NCBI GenBank assembly: GCA_963807825.1
Contig: CAWEDC010000015.1
Span: 195,585 to 259,584, forward strand
Direction of reading: 5' to 3'
Source of the DNA: an uncultured Actinomycetota bacterium
GTDB taxonomy: Bacteria; Actinomycetota; Actinomycetes; Actinomycetales; Dermatophilaceae
Length of the DNA stretch: 64,000 nucleotides
In this document: positions 49,198-59,654 of the stretch, piece after piece
How positions within the stretch are numbered: the first letter of the stretch is position 1
How the letters are laid out: each line of letters starts with the position of its first letter
The notes under the pieces: generated by a model
Told to the model about the DNA's origin: nothing
The model's input: the letters and a program-made list of their open reading frames with translations, nothing else
The model's database searches: none
Position numbers and translations under genes: made by a program

Positions 49198-49306
49198 CCG
49201 ACTGACCCTGTTTCGTGACCCGCTGCGCGCGCCCGGGCGACCTAGTGTCGGGCCCGCAGCAGGCCGTAAGTGTCACGGTCGGTCATTGACAAAGGAGTCA
49301 ACCGCC

Positions 49307-50401
49307 ATGCGTCGTACCCGTTCTTCCGCCATCCTCCTCGCGGTCCCCCTCGGCCTCACCGCGCTCCTCGCAGCGTGCGCCGTCGAAGAGCCCGACACCT
49401 CCACCCCGGGCGCCAGCAGCTCCGGCGGGGCCGGCTCCATCAAGGGCACCGGTGAGGTCGTCGTGGCCTGCACCCCCCAGGAGGAGCAGTGCCAGGCCAT
49501 GGCCGCCGCCTTCACCAAGGCCTCCGGCATCAAGACCTCGTTCGTCCGGATGAGTTCGGGTGAAGGCGTCGCCCGACTGGACGCCGCCAAGTCCAAGCCC
49601 GAGTTCGACGTCCTCTACGGCGGACCGTCCGATGGCCACGTGGCGGCCTTCAACGCCGGACTCATCGAGCCCTACGTCTCCCCCAACGCCGCGGTGATCC
49701 CGGACAAGTACAAGGACAAGGACGGCAAGTGGACCGGCACCTATGTCGGTGTCCTCGGGTTCTGCTCCAACAAGGACCAGCTCGCCAAGGCCGGCGTCGC
49801 GGCCGCACCGACGTCCTGGGCCGAGCTGCTCGATCCCAAGCTCAAGAAGCAGGTCGCGATCGCGCACCCGTCGACGTCCGGCACGTCATACACGGCCGTC
49901 TGGACGCAGATGGTCCTCAACGGGATGGACGTCACCAAGACGTTCGACTACCTCGGCAAGCTGCACAACAACGTCCTCCAGTACTCCAAGAGCGGTTCCG
50001 CTCCCGGACAGATGGCCGGGCGCGGCGAGGTCGCGGTCGGCGTGATCTTCAGCCACGACTGCGTGAAGTACCAGAAGGAGGGCTTCGACATGCTCGAGTC
50101 GACCTTCCCCAGTGAGGGCACCGGCTACGAGATCGGCGCGGTCTCCGTCGTCAAGGGCGGACCCAACGCCGAGAACGCGAAGAAGTTCATCGACTGGACC
50201 CTGACCCCGGATCACCAGAACATCGGCCCGACCGTCGGCAGCTTCCAGATCCCGACGAACCCCGAGGCCAAGATCACCGACGACATGGTCAAGCTCGACG
50301 AGGTGAAGCTCGTCGACTACGACTCCCTCGCCGCCGGTGAGAAGAAGAAGGAACTGACCGCGAAGTTCGACGCCGAGGTCGCGCCCGCTCCCAAGGAGTG
50401 A
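49307..50401 (+). CDS. ABC substrate-binding lipoprotein, AfuA/FbpA class
   Basis: LAAC lipobox; RMSSGE, YGGPSD, PSTSGT, SGSAP, FSHD, GYEIG. Confidence 0.85.
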   Translation: MRRTRSSAILLAVPLGLTALLAACAVEEPDTSTPGASSSGGAGSIKGTGEVVVACTPQEEQCQAMAAAFTKASGIKTSFVRMSSGEGVARLDAAKSKPEFDVLYGGPSDGHVAAFNAGLIEPYVSPNAAVIPDKYKDKDGKWTGTYVGVLGFCSNKDQLAKAGVAAAPTSWAELLDPKLKKQVAIAHPSTSGTSYTAVWTQMVLNGMDVTKTFDYLGKLHNNVLQYSKSGSAPGQMAGRGEVAVGVIFSHDCVKYQKEGFDMLESTFPSEGTGYEIGAVSVVKGGPNAENAKKFIDWTLTPDHQNIGPTVGSFQIPTNPEAKITDDMVKLDEVKLVDYDSLAAGEKKKELTAKFDAEVAPAPKE

Positions 50402-50416
50402 CGGCGACCAGACCTC

Positions 50417-52158
50417 ATGACCACCACGCTGCTCCCCGCAGCCGCTGACCCGGTCGGGGCGAGCCAACCCTCGCCCCGACCGCGCCGCGGCTCCGGACGT
50501 GACTTCACCCTCATCACGATGGTGATCGTCGTCGTCCTGCTCCTCGCCGTCATCGTCGGGCTCCCTCTCGTGCGGATCCTGACGGTCGCCTTCTCCAAGG
50601 AGGGCTGGGAGATCGTCAGCTCGATGCTGACCAACCCGGTCAACCGGCGCATCCTCTGGAACACCGTCCAGCTCGGCACGATCGTCGCGGTGCTCGGCAC
50701 CGCTGTCGGCTTCGTCATGGCCTACGCCCAGGTGCGGCTCAAGTTCCGTGGCAAGAAGCTGCTCCACCTCATCTCGCTCATGCCCATCGTGTCCCCACCG
50801 TTCGCGGTGGCGACGGCGGCCATCACCCTGTTCGGGCGCAACGGGATCATCAGCAACGGGGTCTTCGGACTCGACGTCAACATCTACGGGCTCAAGGGAC
50901 TCACCTTCGTGCTCACGCTGTCGTTCTTCCCCGTCGCCTACATGAACCTCAAGGGCATGCTCGAGAGCCTCGACCCGAGCCTCGACGAGGCCGCGGCCAA
51001 CCTGGGCGCCAACAAGCTCAAGATCTTCACGACCGTCACCCTGCCCATGCTCATCCCCGGGATCGCCGGATCGTTCCTGCTCCTCTTCGTCGAGTCGATC
51101 GCCGACCTCGCCAATCCCCTTGTCCTGGGCGGCGACTACACCGTTCTGGCGTCGCGGGCCTACCTCGCTGTGACGGGCGAATACAACGTCGCCGGCGGAG
51201 CGGCATACTCGCTCGTCCTTCTTCTCCGGCGCTGAGCGTCTTCCTGCTCCAGCGCTACTGGGTGAGCCGCAAGAACGTCGTCAGCGTGACCGGCAAGCCT
51301 GCTGGCAGCCCCGAACTCATCACCGCCCCGGCGTTGCGCATCCCGATGCTCGTCGTGGCTGTCTTCGTCGCGAGCCTCGTCGTCCTCATGTACGCGACGG
51401 TGATCTTCGGTGGGTTCGTCAAGATCTTCGGCGTCAACAACGACTTCACCCTGGCGCACTATCGGTTCGTGCTGGCGGGGATCGGCTCCGACGCGATGTT
51501 CACGACGACCCTGCTCGCCCTCATCGCCACGCCGATCGCCGGGCTGCTCGGCATGCTCATCGCCTGGCTCGTCGTCCGCAAGCTCAAGCGCACGTCCGGG
51601 CTCATGGACTTCATCGGCATGCTCGGACTGTCGGTGCCGGGCACGGTCATCGGCATCGGCTACGCGATCGCGTTCAACACCCCCACGATCTTCGGCGGGC
51701 GGCAGTGGTTCCCGGCCGTCGCGGGCGGCTCGGCGATCCTCGGCGGGTCGATGGCGATCGTCATGGTCTTCGTCGCTCGGTCACTGCCTTCAGGTCAACG
51801 CGCCGGCATCGCCGCCCTGCAACAGATCAACCCGGCGATCGATGAGGCAGCGACGAGTCTGGGAGCAGACAGCTTCACGACCTTCCGGACGGTCACGCTC
51901 CCCCTCATCCGACCGGCGCTGCTCTCGGGCCTGACCTATGCGTTCGCGCGCTCGATGACGACGCTCTCACCGATCGTCTTCATCACCACGCCGCAGACCA
52001 AGATCATGACGAGCCAGATCCTCGCCGAGGTCGACGCCGGCCGCTTCGGCAACGCGTTCGCCTACTGCGCCATCCTCATCGTCATCGTGCTGAGCTTCAT
52101 CGGACTGCTCAACCTCGCGATGCTCCACCCCTCGATCCGCGGCATCCAACGCCGATGA
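50417..52158 (+). CDS. ABC permease (AfuB/FbpB, two EAA repeats), frameshift near 51230
   Basis: LDEAAANLGA and IDEAATSLGA. Confidence 0.88.
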
Positions 52159-53335
52159 CTGCCACCTCGGAGACTGCCATGACGACACTGCCCGACGCCA
52201 CGATCGAGTCCGCCCGCGACAGCCTCGCCACGGCCACCCCCGGCCGGGTGTCGCTGCGGTCCCTGCGCAAGGTCTACGGGGACGACAAGAAGGCCACCGC
52301 TGCCGTGCAGGACGTCGACCTCGACATCGAGCCCGGCGAGTTCATCACGCTCCTCGGCCCGTCCGGGTGCGGCAAGACCACGACGCTGCGGATGATCGCC
52401 GGCTTCGAGACGCCGACGGCGGGCGAGATCCGCCTCGACGACGACCTCATCAACAAGGTCGCTCCCAACAAGCGGCCCATGGCGATGGTCTTCCAGTCCT
52501 ACGCGCTCTTCCCGCACCTCAGCGTCTTCGACAACGTGGCCTACGGGCTCAAGCTCAAGAAGCTGCCCTCGGGCCGGGTCGCCGAGGAGGTCGAGACCGC
52601 CCTGACGTCGATGAACCTGGGGCCCTATCGCGACCGTGCACCGCACCAGATGTCGGGTGGGCAGCAGCAGCGCGTCGCGCTCGCTCGCGCCCTCGTGATG
52701 CGGCCCAAGGTGCTGCTCTTCGATGAGCCGCTGTCCAACCTCGACGCCAAGCTCCGCGTGCAGATGCGCGGCGAGATCCGTCGGCTGCAGCGGCGACTCG
52801 GCATCACCACGGTCTTCGTCACCCACGACCAGGACGAGGCCATGACGATGTCCGACCGGATCGTCGTCATGAACGTCGGCGTCATCGAGCAGGTCGACAC
52901 ACCCCAGGAGATCTACCGCCACCCCGCCTCGGTGTTCGTCGCGGACTTCATCGGGCGGGCCAACTTCCTCGACGTCGACGTCCACGCGGTGACCGACTCC
53001 GACGCCGACGTGAGCGTGCTCGGTCAAGCGATGGACGGTGCCCAAGCACGCCGCCGTGGGCATCGACGGTTCGGTCACCCTCATGGTGCGTCCCGAGTCG
53101 GTGCGACTCACGGCCACCGAGCGGGAGTGCGGTCGGCGGCTCCGTCGGGCGGGTCCTGTCGTCGATGTTCTACGGCCAGTCGATCGAGTACGACATCGAG
53201 ACCGAGGCTGGCAATCTCGTCGTCTCCGTTGCCGATCCGCACGCTCACGAGACGTTCTCCCCCGGCGACTTCCTCGACGTCGGCTTCGAGGCCGGCCGTG
53301 CCTGGCTCATGCCGGTCGAGGGCGACAACGCGTGA
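52155..53335 (+). CDS. ABC ATPase (AfuC/PotA-like), frameshifted near 3' end
   Basis: GPSGCGKTT, MSGGQQQRVALAR, DEPLSNLDAKLR. Confidence 0.9.
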
Positions 53336-54236
53336 CGCGCGAGACGAGTGACGGCTGCTCGATCGAGGAGTCCATCCGGCTGCGCATGTGGCGGAGGACG
53401 TCGCGGCGCAGAGCTCCGCCTACCTGATGGGCGCCTTCCGCCGCCCGATGTCGGTCGAGCACAAGGGCGGCCCCTACGACCTCGTCACCGAACATGACCA
53501 TGCGTCCGAAGCCATCATCCGGGAGGGGGTCACCCGTGCCGTCCCCGACAGCGTCGTCCTCGGAGAAGAGGGCGGGCTGTCGGGGACCGGCCGGGTGACG
53601 TGGCACGTCGACCCGATCGACGGCACCGTGAACTTCAGCCACGGGCTGGCGTTCTGGTGCATCTCCATCGCCGCCGTCATCGACGACGTCGTCGTGGCCG
53701 GGGTCATCGCCGCACCCGCTCTCGGCGAGGTGTATGCCGCAGACCTCACCGGTGTGACCGTCAACGGCGTGCCCACCGGCCCGCGACGGGTCGAGCGGGA
53801 GATCGACAGCCTCGTCATCTCGACGTTCCCTCGCGACCTCGACCTCGAAGCCAACGGTGACGACGCCCTCGTGGCGAGTGGGCAGATCATTCGGGCCTAC
53901 GGGTCCTCGCGCACCCTCGGCAGCGGCGCCCTCGGGCTGGCCCACGTCGCGACCGGCCGAGCCGACGCCACCTTCGACCTCCACACGAACTCGTGGGACG
54001 TCGCCGCGGGAGCGTTCATGGTGCGCCTCGGAGGCGGTCGCTACTTCGGCTGCGAGAACGGCGTGGTCGACGAGGACCCGCGCACGTCCTACCGCCGACC
54101 GGCCTACTGGGCGACGGCGGCCAACGTCGAGCACCCCACGTTGCGCAGTGTCGTCACCGATCTGACGGAGAGGGCGCGGCGTCCAGCCGCGGCGGGAAGC
54201 CACCCGTGGCGACCGGCCCCCACCGCGTCGGCGTGA
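53332..54236 (+). CDS. Inositol monophosphatase family phosphatase
   Basis: DLVTEHD, LGEEG, WHVDPIDGTVNF, WDVAAG. Confidence 0.88.
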
Positions 54237-54640
54237 TGCGCAGCAGCGACTTGTCCTGCTCGCGCATGGCCTCGCGGTACTCGTCCCAGTCCGGGTGCTC
54301 CCCCGAGATGCACCGGAAGTAGTCGACGAGCGCGTCGGCTGCCTCCGGCATGTCGATGACCTCGCAGTCGCCATCGACCTGGACCCAGGCATCGCCGAAG
54401 TCGTCCGAGAGGACGAGGACGCTGACCCGTGGCTCACGACGGGCGTTGCTGGTCTTGGCCCGCTCCGGGTAGGTCGAGATGACGATGCGGCCCTGCTCAT
54501 CGACTCCGCCCGTGACCGGTGAGGCCTGCGGGCTGCCGTCCCGACGGATGGTCATGAGGACCATGTGGTGCCGCGGCCGGACGAAGTCCAGCAGCCCGTC
54601 GAGGTCGGTGGTCGTGCTTCGTCGCGATGGTGCGTGCCAT
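54154..54640 (-). CDS. PPOX-class F420-dependent oxidoreductase, frameshift near 5' end
   Basis: MARTIAT.., DGSPQASPV, RAKTSNARREPRVS, GEHPDWDEYREAM. Confidence 0.85.
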
Positions 54641-54693
54641 GGGACCCACTGTGGCACGCACCATTGCCGCGGCGGAGGAGTGCCCCGGACAGG

Positions 54694-54733
54694 CCGAAGG
54701 CCCGGCTCCCCGCAAGGGGAACCGGGCCTTCGG
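54694..54733 (-). terminator. rpsA terminator hairpin
   Basis: ccgaaggcccgg-ctcccc-gcaa-ggggaa-ccgggccttcgg. Confidence 0.75.
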
Positions 54734-54770
54734 TGGTGCGTCACGGCATACGCAAGGTATGCCGTTCGGC

Positions 54771-56282
54771 TCAGTTTCCGGTGAGCTTCTCGCGCAGTGC
54801 GGCGAGGGCCTCGTCGGAGGCGAGGGTGCCCTCGTTGGCCGGCGGTGCGGCCGGACGCGAGTCCGCGTTCTCGTCGTCCGAGTCGGACGAAGAGGCGGAG
54901 GACGAGTCGCTGCTGTAGGACGTGGCGCTGTCGCCACCGGCAGCGGCCTCGGCGTCGGCCTTGGCGGCCTCCTCGACCTGGGTGCGGTGCGACTCCCAGC
55001 GCGCGTGCGCCTCGGCGTACTGCTTCTCCCAGACCTCACGCTGCTTCTCGTAGCCCTCGAGCCACTCGTTGGTCTCGGAGTCGAAGCCCTCGGGGTACTT
55101 GTAGGCACCCGCCTCGTCGTACTCGGCTGCCATGCCGTAGAGGGTGGGGTCGAACTCGGTGAGTCCGGCGCCGTCCTCGTTGGCCTGCTTGAGCGACAGC
55201 GAGATGCGACGACGCTCGAGGTCGATGTCGATGACCTTGACGAAGATGTCAGCACCGACGGTGACGACCTGCTCCGGCAGCTCCACGTGGCGCTCGGCCA
55301 GCTCGGAGATGTGGACGAGGCCTTCGATGCCGTCCTCGACACGCACGAACGAGCCGAACGGGACGAGCTTGGTGACCTTACCGGGGACGACCTGACCGAT
55401 GGCGTGCGTGCGAGCGAAGTGCTGCCACGGGTCCTCCTGCGTCGCCTTCAGCGACAGGGAGACACGCTCACGGTCCATGTCGACGTCGAGCACCTCGACG
55501 GTGACCTCGTCGCCAACCTCGACGACCTCGGACGGGTGGTCGATGTGCTTCCAGGACAGCTCCGAGACGTGGACGAGACCGTCGACGCCGCCGAGGTCCA
55601 CGAACGCACCGAAGTTGACGATGGAGGACACGACGCCCGAACGGACCTGGCCCTTCTGGAGCTCCTTGAGGAAGGTCGTACGGACCTCGCTCTGGGTCTG
55701 CTCGAGCCACGCACGACGCGACAGGACCACGTTGTTGCGGTTCTTGTCGAGCTCGATGATCTTGGCCTCGATCTCCTTGCCGACGTACGGCTGGAGGTCG
55801 CGGACACGACGCATCTCGACGAGGGAGGCGGGGAGGAAGCCGCGCAGGCCGATGTCGAGGATGAGTCCACCCTTGACGACCTCGATGACGGTGCCAGTGA
55901 CGACGCCGTCCTCTTCCTTGACCTTCTCGATGGTGCCCCAGGCACGCTCGTACTGAGCGCGCTTCTTGGACAGGATGAGGCGGCCTTCCTTGTCCTCCTT
56001 CTGGAGAACGAGGGCTTCGACCTCGTCGCCGACCTTGACGACCTCGTTGGGGTCAATGTCGTGCTTGATCGACAACTCACGCGAGGGGATGACACCCTCG
56101 GTCTTGTAGCCGATGTCGAGCAGAACCTCGTCGCGGTCAACCTTGACGATGATGCCTTCGACGATGTCGCCGTCGTTGAAGTGCTTGATCGTCGCGTCGA
56201 TGGCGGCGAGAAGGTCTTCCTCAGAGCCGATGTCGTTGATGGCGATCTGAGGGGCGGTCGTTTCGACCGTGCTGGCAGTCAT
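54771..56282 (-). CDS. rpsA: 30S ribosomal protein S1
   Basis: Four S1 domains; GTLASDEALAALREKL C-terminus. Confidence 0.98.
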   Translation of the reverse strand: MTASTVETTAPQIAINDIGSEEDLLAAIDATIKHFNDGDIVEGIIVKVDRDEVLLDIGYKTEGVIPSRELSIKHDIDPNEVVKVGDEVEALVLQKEDKEGRLILSKKRAQYERAWGTIEKVKEEDGVVTGTVIEVVKGGLILDIGLRGFLPASLVEMRRVRDLQPYVGKEIEAKIIELDKNRNNVVLSRRAWLEQTQSEVRTTFLKELQKGQVRSGVVSSIVNFGAFVDLGGVDGLVHVSELSWKHIDHPSEVVEVGDEVTVEVLDVDMDRERVSLSLKATQEDPWQHFARTHAIGQVVPGKVTKLVPFGSFVRVEDGIEGLVHISELAERHVELPEQVVTVGADIFVKVIDIDLERRRISLSLKQANEDGAGLTEFDPTLYGMAAEYDEAGAYKYPEGFDSETNEWLEGYEKQREVWEKQYAEAHARWESHRTQVEEAAKADAEAAAGGDSATSYSSDSSSASSSDSDDENADSRPAAPPANEGTLASDEALAALREKLTGN

Positions 56283-56427
56283 GTAGTAGGAACTCCGATG
56301 TGGACAGATGGATGTGGGTTGGTACTGGTGCCGTTCGACGCGCTCTCAAGCCCTTGCGGGCATGCAAGAACACACACGAATGCTCGCTCACCTTACCGAG
56401 GTTGTCTGTGAGCGGTCAAAGCGGGGT

Positions 56428-57232
56428 ATGCCGGTGAGCGACGACGTCGGTCGGCGCACCGCCGACACGGGCGAGACCCATTCCGCGAACCGGGCCTGGT
56501 GGGACGGTGAGGCGGCCGAGTACTACGCCGAGCACGGCTCGTTCCTCGGTGACGACGAGTTCGTCTGGGGTCCCGAGGGGTGGACCGAGGAGATGCTCGA
56601 CCTGCTCCGCGCGACGTCGGGTCAGCGCATCCTCGAGATCGGCGCGGGGGCGGGTCAGTGCGCCCGGTGGTTGATGCGCCACCACGAGGTCGAGGTCGTC
56701 GCCAGCGACCTGTCGGCGGGAATGCTCGCGCGTGGGACTCGAGGTGAGCGAACGGACCGGAGTCGCTCCCCCGCTCCTGCAGTGCGACGGACTTGCGTTG
56801 CCCTTCGGTGACGCATCGTTCGACACCGTCTTCACGGCATACGGGGTCGTGCCGTTCGTCGCGGACAGCGCGGCCGTGATGGCCGAGGTGGCGCGGGTGC
56901 TGCGTCCCGGCGGCCGGTTCGTCTTCTCGACGACCCACCCGATCCGGTGGGCCTTCCCGGACGACCCGACCGAGGCGGGGCTCACGGCGCGGCTGAGCTA
57001 TTTCGACCGGACGCCGTACGTCGAGTCCGACGACTCCGGTCGCGCGACGTATGTCGAGCACCACCGGACCATGGGCGACCGCATCCGCGAGATCGTCGCG
57101 GGCGGGCTGGTCGTCGAGGACGTCGTCGAGCCGGAGTGGCCGGAGGACAACACGGCGACCTGGGGCGGCTGGTCACCCACCCGCGGGGCGGTCATCCCCG
57201 GGACCGCGATCTTCGTCTGTCGCCGACCCTGA
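56428..57232 (+). CDS. Class I SAM-dependent methyltransferase, frameshift near 56730
   Basis: LEIGAGAG, DLSAGML, LPFGDASFD, RVLRPGG. Confidence 0.88.
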
Positions 57233-57275
57233 TGTGGCCGGTCCGTCCGCTCGGTGCACGTTGAGCGCGAAACTG

Positions 57276-57310
57276 AACGGCCCCGTCACCTGATAGGTGA
57301 CGGGGCCGTT
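57276..57310. terminator. Bidirectional terminator
   Basis: aacggccccgtcacc-tgata-ggtgacggggccgtt. Confidence 0.75.
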
Positions 57311-57327
57311 CGGAGTGTCGAGTCCGC

Positions 57328-58333
57328 TCAGCGTTGACGCAGGTCCGAGCGCGACGTCGTCGTGTCAGCCCCGTCGCCGAAGACATCGAGCGTGCTCGTC
57401 TCGGCGTGACTGCCATCAGTCGCCACCGGAGCCACCGGTGATGCGCGGCTCGGTCCTCACCGTCGGCGCGGCGTGCGCCGTTCCAGAGGAAGAAGCCGAC
57501 GAGGCCCGACAGCAGGCCGAGCAGGCCGGCGATCAGCGGGAGCTTCCCGATGAGGCCGAGCTGGGAGTCCGCTGTCCTTGGCGTCCTTGACGTTGGCCGC
57601 GACCTGTCTCGTCGGTGAAGCCGAAGTCGAGGTCGAGCACGGTGGTGCCGTTGTCGAGCATGCGCTTCTGCTGCTCGGTCTGCTTCTGGATCGCGCCGGT
57701 GCGCGGGTCGATGTACATCGTCTTGAGCGACGAGTAGGTGCCCTGGATGCCGGTGGAGATCTCGGCCGGCTCGTCGGCGACGTCGATGACGAACTTGTAG
57801 GTGTTCCAGCCGTCGACCTTCTCCTCGCCCTCGAAGGTCGCGTCCACCGCGCGGCCGAGGACGCCGTCCCAGAACGGGTAGGTCTTCTTCTCGACGTCGA
57901 ACGGGAACTTGTTGATCAGGCCCTCGTGCGGCTGCGCGTCACCGATGTACTTCTCGTCGTTGACGGCCACGCCGGTCTTGCGGTCGGTCGCGAAGCGGTC
58001 GGTCGTCGCGGAGACGAGGCGCTTGTCGGGGTCGGTGTCGTCGACGCAGTCCGGCGCGTCACCGTTGGGGTCGGTGATGAGGCAGGTGAAGGTGTCGAAG
58101 ACGACGACGTCGCCGTCCGACTTCGTGCCGTCGGCCACCGTGTGGCTCAGGGCCTTGACCGGGGCACTGCCGCCCGTGGGGAGCGCCGCGGCCTGACCGG
58201 TGAGGCGAGTGTTGGAGTCGGTGTCCAGCGGGGTCTTCTTGACTGCACCGGGAATGTAGATCAAGGCCAGCAGAGCTGTCGTGACGAGGAAGCCGGCAAG
58301 GCCCATCAGCACCAAACCGATGATTCTGCGCAT
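57328..58333 (-). CDS. DUF3068 (Rv0227c-like) membrane-anchored protein, frameshifted
   Basis: N-terminal TM, KKTPLD, DRFATDRKTG, KFPFDVEKKTYPFWD, IDPRTG, C-terminal TM. Confidence 0.78.
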
Positions 58334-58451
58334 CTGCGGGACACCTTTGTCTCAGGGAAGCATGGAGCGTGACTGCGGTGACCCTACCAGTCGGTATCCG
58401 GGTTGTCCGGCACCTCGCGAGCGTGATCCAGATCTCGCCTAACATGCGGCC

Positions 58452-59654
58452 ATGAGCGCGCGACGAGGTCACGACAGCCCCCCGGGGTGCCGTGACCTTG
58501 ATTCCGGCTCTCGACGGGCTGCGCGCCGTGGCCGCCGGCCTCGTCGTCATGACCCACGCTGCCTACCTCACCGGGTTCGGTGTGAGCGGCGGCCTCGTGG
58601 GCCGGCTCTGGGCGCGGGGCGACTTCGGCGTCGCGATCTTCTTCGCCCTCTCGGGCTTCCTGCTGCACCGCGGACTCGTCGCGGACGACTCCGCGGGACG
58701 GCTCGACATCCGCGGGCTACGCCCTGCGGCGGGCTGCCCGCATCCTGCCGGCCTACTGGCTCACCCTGCTCGCCGTGGTCGCTGGCGACCCACCCGCCGC
58801 TGCGGGACGTGCGTCATCCATGCGGCCGGACTCCAGATCTACTGGGCCGACGCCTGGATCCCCGCCTTCGGCCAGTCGTGGAGCATCTCGACGGAGTTGG
58901 CGTTCTATGCCGCGCTGCCGCTCGCGGTCCTCGCCCTGCGGCCCCTGCGTCGACGCGGACCCGCCCTTCCGCTCGTCGTCCTCAGCGTCGCTGACCGTCG
59001 TCCTGACGCTCGACCTCGGGCATCGGCGGCGGCGCGGACTTCGGCGAGGACGTCCTCTACGAGCGCTGGCTCCACGCCCGCGCTCCCCACTTCCTCGTCG
59101 GCATGATCTGCGCCGAGGCCCTCTTGCGTGCCCTGGCACCCGATTGCCCGCCGGCTGTCGGCGTGGGGCTCGCAGGTTCCGACGTGCTTGGCCGTGGCGG
59201 CGTCGGCCTATCTGCTGTCAACCACTCCCATCGCCGGCGCGCTCACTCTCGAGCCTGCGACGCCCATGCAGCTTGTCGTCCGCACCGCACTGTCGGCCGT
59301 CGTGGCGCTCGCGCTGCTGGTGCCGCTGACCCACGGTGGCCGATCGGCCTACAGCGACGCCCTGTCCCGCCCCGTCGTGAGGTGGCTGGGCGTCACGAGT
59401 TACGGCCTGTTCCTCTGGCACCTGCCGGTGTTTCAGGGGCTCTATGCCGTGACGGGAGTCGCCGGTCTTCAAGGGCGGGCTGCTTCCTCTGCTCGCCGTC
59501 GGGCGTGCCGGTCAGCCTGCTCTTGGCAGCGGTGAGCCACCACTGGGTGGAGGTCCCGGCGTCACGTCTCGCGGGACGACTGCTGGCTGCCCGTCGTCGC
59601 AGCCAGGGCGAAGGCCGCGAGCACGAGCAACCTGACCGTTCCCTCCACGGCTGA
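58452..59654 (+). CDS. Acyltransferase family 3 (OafA/TmaT-like), multiple frameshifts
   Basis: PALDGLRAVA, GVAIFFALSGFLL, WSISTELAFY, SYGLFLWH, WVEVP. Confidence 0.85.

Noticed and set aside
48272-50401. 709-aa ORF that appears to fuse kinase, regulator and SBP
   Set aside because: Frame coincidence from indels; the SBP has its own AAGGAG RBS, ATG at 49307 and lipobox.
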